From Eledone cirrhosa (Eukaryota), in the NCBI GenBank assembly GCA_964016885.1, contig OZ024741.1, positions 18,414,001-18,478,000 on the forward strand: a DNA stretch of 64,000 nucleotides, in the 5' to 3' direction. The position numbers and the translations under genes were made by a program. Of this stretch, positions 59,899 through 64,000 are shown piece after piece. Under the pieces are notes generated by a model. The model had not been told where the DNA came from and searched no databases. It saw nothing but the letters and a program-made list of their open reading frames with translations. Position 1 is the first letter of the stretch; every line of letters begins with the position of its first letter.

Positions 59899-60346
59899 GT
59901 CCTTCTGGTCTTATAATTTCACGAAGTTTTGCCAATAGAGAGAGAGTCGGTTTCTAACATAGACACAAGACTCTCTCATTGGAATTTACACAACATCAAC
60001 TAGGTAGATATGTATGTATGCATGTGGAGATATGGATGTTATTGTATTTGTGTATGTGTATGTTTTGAGTTGTATGTGTGCATGTGTATATGCTTTTTAT
60101 CTGTACATGTGTATATGCAGTTATTAGATGCAACATTTTTGGAATGTTTTACATATTTTTACTGTTCCATTAATGGATTGTACTTGTAATTTCCTAACTA
60201 GTTGTGTTCTTTCTGTTCCTGTGAAGCCTAGCTTCTCAAGATTTGTATTGAGGCAGTTACTAAAATACCCCAGTGCCCCAATAATCACAGGCATAAATCT
60301 GAAGGTGTAATCAGGGTGGAGTATCTGCAGATTTCTCATCAGTTCT
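59899..60346 (-). mobile_element. 3' fragment of R4/Dong-like LINE
   Basis: ELMRNLQILHPDYTFRFMPVIIGALG...KICKTF, homologous to the endonuclease C-terminus at 57.3-57.7 kb. Confidence 0.75.
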
Positions 60347-60512
60347 GTGTATGTATGTAGGTATGTATGTATGTATATATGTAGGTTTGTAGGTATGTAT
60401 GTATGTATGTAGGTATATAGGTATGTAGGTAGGTATGTATGTGAGAAAAACAAAAAAAACGAGAACTTTTAAGAATATTTTGCTTTGATTGTCTGCCCAT
60501 ATATGGATTCTA

Positions 60513-60606
60513 CCCCTTGATAAGTTCGGATAGATTCCCGCCGTTTGAATACTGGCGCTATAGGTCGGATCTAGCTGTCGAAACGGCCGGAGTTCAGCCG
60601 TCGGGG
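60513..60606 (+). ncRNA. Type I hammerhead, U3-A8 variant; unfolded relative of the 34482-family hairpins
   Basis: cccc-TTGATAA-g...tagattcc..ggatcta..c-GAAA-cggc cggagttca gccg-TC-gggg. Confidence 0.62.
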
Positions 60607-60646
60607 CCCTGAATCTTTTCATATTAAAAAGAATATGTATGTATAC

Positions 60647-60679
<33 letters not shown>

Positions 60680-60757
60680 AACATAATCGGATGGTTGTTT
60701 ATATATTGTCAAATCTCTTTCGTCACACATTCTGTGACCTTCTCAGTGACTAGGTTT

Positions 60758-60845
60758 TTAACCTCGGCGGGATTTGAACTCAGAATATAAAGGGCCATAA
60801 CTCTATCCTGCAAAGCATTTTGTCTGACGCTCTACTGAATCTGGA
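60758..60845 (-). mobile_element. Degenerate 5' portion of the SINE
   Basis: aacctcggcgggatttgaactcaga...gtctgacgctctac. Confidence 0.7.
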
Positions 60846-60979
60846 AACCAGAAGAACATACGTCTATTCTACTCACCCACCGCAGTATCTTTTAAATATG
60901 TTTGTTATGCTATTAAATATATATTTATGTCTATGAACAGACACACATAAACCTGTGTGAGAGTGTGTATGTCTGTCCA

Positions 60980-61265
60980 TGTGTGGCTTAATGGCCAGCG
61001 TTTTCAGGTGACGAGCATAAGCTCAGTAGTTCGACTTCAACTGTTCGTTGTGTCCTTAAGCAAGACACTTTATTTCACTTTGCTCCAGTCCACTCAGCTG
61101 GTAAAAATTAGTTTTACTTCTAATTCAAATAGATAGCCTTGTCACTAACTGCGTCCTGCTGAATCTCCCTGAGAATTACGTTAAGGATACACATGTCTAT
61201 GGAATGCCGAGGCATTTACAGAGATAATTTTATGAGCTGGATGTTGATCGAATTGATTGATCGAA
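60980..61265 (+). mobile_element. Degenerate tRNA-derived SINE (second family)
   Basis: gtggcttaatgg, gtagttcgac, tccttaagcaagacacttt, tgctccagtccactcagctgg. Confidence 0.55.
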
Positions 61266-61529
61266 TATCAGAAGCACTTGTCGTAGAAACCGATGGATGG
61301 ATAACGCACACACACACGTGTGTGTAAAACTGTGCATTCCTGTGTATGTCTTTCTACGTATGTGTGCATCAGTGTGGTTGCGAGTGTGGTTGTGAGTGTG
61401 GTTGTGAGTTTGAGTGAGTGTGGGCGGATGTGCAGAGTTAATGAGCCAATCAAATCGTTGAAGCGTACATTAAAACTATGTTTGTTTTTATACGGTTAAA
61501 AGTATATTTATGCGAATGTGTATACATGT

Positions 61530-61815
61530 TTGTGTGTGTCAGTGTATGCAGGTGTATGTGTGAGTGTGGTGGCACGTGTTTGTGTGTTTGAGTGTGTGTG
61601 TCAGTGTATGTGTGAGTGTGGTGGCACGTGTTTGTGTGTTTGAGTGTGTGTGTCAGTGTATGTGTGAGTGTGGTGGCACGTGTTTGTGTGTGTGTGTGTG
61701 TCAGTGTATGTGTGAGTGTGGTGGCACGTGTTTGTCTGTTTGAGTGTGTGTGTCAGTGTATGTGTGAGTGTGGTGGTATGTATTTGTGTGTTTGAGTGTA
61801 TGTGTCAGTGTATGA
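61530..61815. repeat. ~50-bp GT-rich minisatellite (~5 copies)
   Basis: gtcagtgtatgtgtgagtgtggtggcacgtgtttgtg repeated. Confidence 0.85.
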
Positions 61816-62036
61816 GGGTGTATGTGTTTGTGTTTGAATATATGTGTGTTGGTGTGGAGATTTAATGAGTCAGTGATTCGTTGAAGCGTGTAAAGGACGA
61901 CGGTATGGAAGCACGGAAATGAAGAAGAAGGTTATTAGGAAAAAAAACTGGATACCTATAAATGAAGGGAAACTAAAACACACATACAAATATATGTGTG
62001 TATAAATATAAATATACAAACACATATATGTATGTA

Positions 62037-62073
<37 letters not shown>

Positions 62074-62113
62074 GCATACACACATATATATATATATACA
62101 TACATATATATAC

Positions 62114-62166
<53 letters not shown>

Positions 62167-62220
62167 CATATATATATATTAGCTGCTGCTCGAACTTCGA
62201 ATATGCTGTACTTTCATTTG

Positions 62221-62253
<33 letters not shown>

Positions 62254-62275
62254 ACACACACATATATATATATAT

Positions 62276-62335
<60 letters not shown>

Positions 62336-62932
62336 ACTTATATACACACTTGGTATACACACATATATATACATATATATTTGTGTGTGTGTCTGTACGT
62401 ACATATGTATGTATACATGTCTGTATGTGTGTCTCTGTATGTGTGTGTGTGTGTGTGTGTGTACATACGTTCATAAACAATGTAACCCTTTTTTCATAAT
62501 AACAACAGGGTCCCTTTGATTTATTTATTTAATCATTTATCTATATATGTATTATCTATGTCTCATGGTAGGGGGATGAGCCCTGACATCTTAAAAGTGA
62601 AACCAACTGTTGTTTCACCTACATCTCCAATGGCGTCAAATGAATCTCATTTCCGCGCGGTTTTCATTAAAATTTGGCAGCCATTTTGCTTTTGTATTTT
62701 ATCTTTTGTGATTTTTTTAATCATTAATCCAACTATTCTCTCTCTCTCTCTCTTTCCCTATATATATATATATATATATTATATATATCTTTCTCTCTTT
62801 ATCTCTCTCTTCCATTCTTTCTTTCTCGCTTACTTCTACATTCCCATCTCACACTCTCTCTCTTCAACTTCACCCACCTTTAGTCTCTCGTTCACACCCT
62901 CACATATCCGCCGCACCCCCTCTCTCTCTCCT

Positions 62933-62978
<46 letters not shown>

Positions 62979-63297
62979 CATAAAGACCATTGTTTTCCTC
63001 TTTAGTCTATATGGTTTATTTACAGAGTTCTCTTCATATATTATATTACGGTATATACATTATTTTCGTTTTCCAGTTTGTATATTTTTATTGCTGTGTC
63101 TTACTCCGTTTAATTATACATTTCTTATAGATGTCGTTGTTATTGTTGTTGATGTTGTTGTTGTTGTCGTTATTGTTGTTGATGTTGTTGTTGTTGTTGT
63201 TGCTGTTTCGCTGTATCCATTTATCAGATAATTTAATTAAGAAAATTTATCAAAGGTGTTTCTCTACCCAGCCCGAATCGTTTTATTGTTATCTTCG

Positions 63298-63394
<97 letters not shown>

Positions 63395-63417
63395 AGTATA
63401 TATATATATATATATAC

Positions 63418-63481
<64 letters not shown>

Positions 63482-63483
<2 letters not shown>

Positions 63484-63670
63484 CGAAGGAAATGTGGTAA
63501 GGAACCAGGTGGACCATAACGCACCAAAGTACTCAATACTTAGGGTAGTAGAGTGGGTAATAGGAACGAGTAAGACCCCGACGGCTGAGCTCAAGCCGTT
63601 TCGACGGCTAATTCTGAACTTAGCCGTCGAAACGGCTTGAGCTCAGCCGTCGGAGTCCTACTCGTTCCTA
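63482..63670. mobile_element. Fold-back element, third copy of the 34482 family
   Basis: Same leader; hairpin at ~63560-63670; lies in (TA)n. Confidence 0.8.
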
Positions 63671-63707
63671 TATATATATATATATACATACATACAAACA
63701 TATACGC

Positions 63708-63740
<33 letters not shown>

Positions 63741-63868
63741 AGTACATACACATACATACATACATACATACACACATACATATATATACACACATGTATA
63801 TATATATATGTGTGTGTGTGTGTAACACCTTTCGTAACTGTACTCCTTGTTGTTGTTATTTACTTTTC

Positions 63869-63997
<129 letters not shown>

Positions 63998-64000
63998 TAT

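Noticed and set aside
62560-62690. CpG-containing promoter-like or coding stretch
   Set aside because: The minus-strand frames contain stops, and the short motifs alone are not significant.

Overview
Repeat-dominated eukaryotic DNA with no supportable host protein-coding gene. The AT-rich, (TA)n/(CA)n/(TACA)n-saturated composition and the SINE families resemble an octopus/cephalopod genome (inference). (1) A ~24.7 kb, 45-bp satellite (3.35-28.0 kb) whose monomer is the A-box head of a tRNA-derived SINE. The array runs directly into the rest of that SINE, and the whole unit is bracketed by an 11-bp direct repeat. (2) A high density of type I hammerhead ribozyme (HHR) motifs read directly from the sequence: roughly 20 dispersed copies from several families, plus 15 in an apparently identical 311-bp tandem array (45.0-49.6 kb). 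That array is also a giant fold-back palindrome, a retrozyme/Penelope-like structure. Several HHRs have variant cores (U3-A8 covariation, U4C), and several elements are folded back at the ribozyme's own stems. (3) (CATA)n-associated pile-ups of R4/Dong-like LINE fragments (RT, CCHC knuckle, restriction-like endonuclease) and a ~610-bp non-autonomous RTE derivative. The giant 'ORFs' in the supplied track are artefacts of the satellite and of microsatellites.
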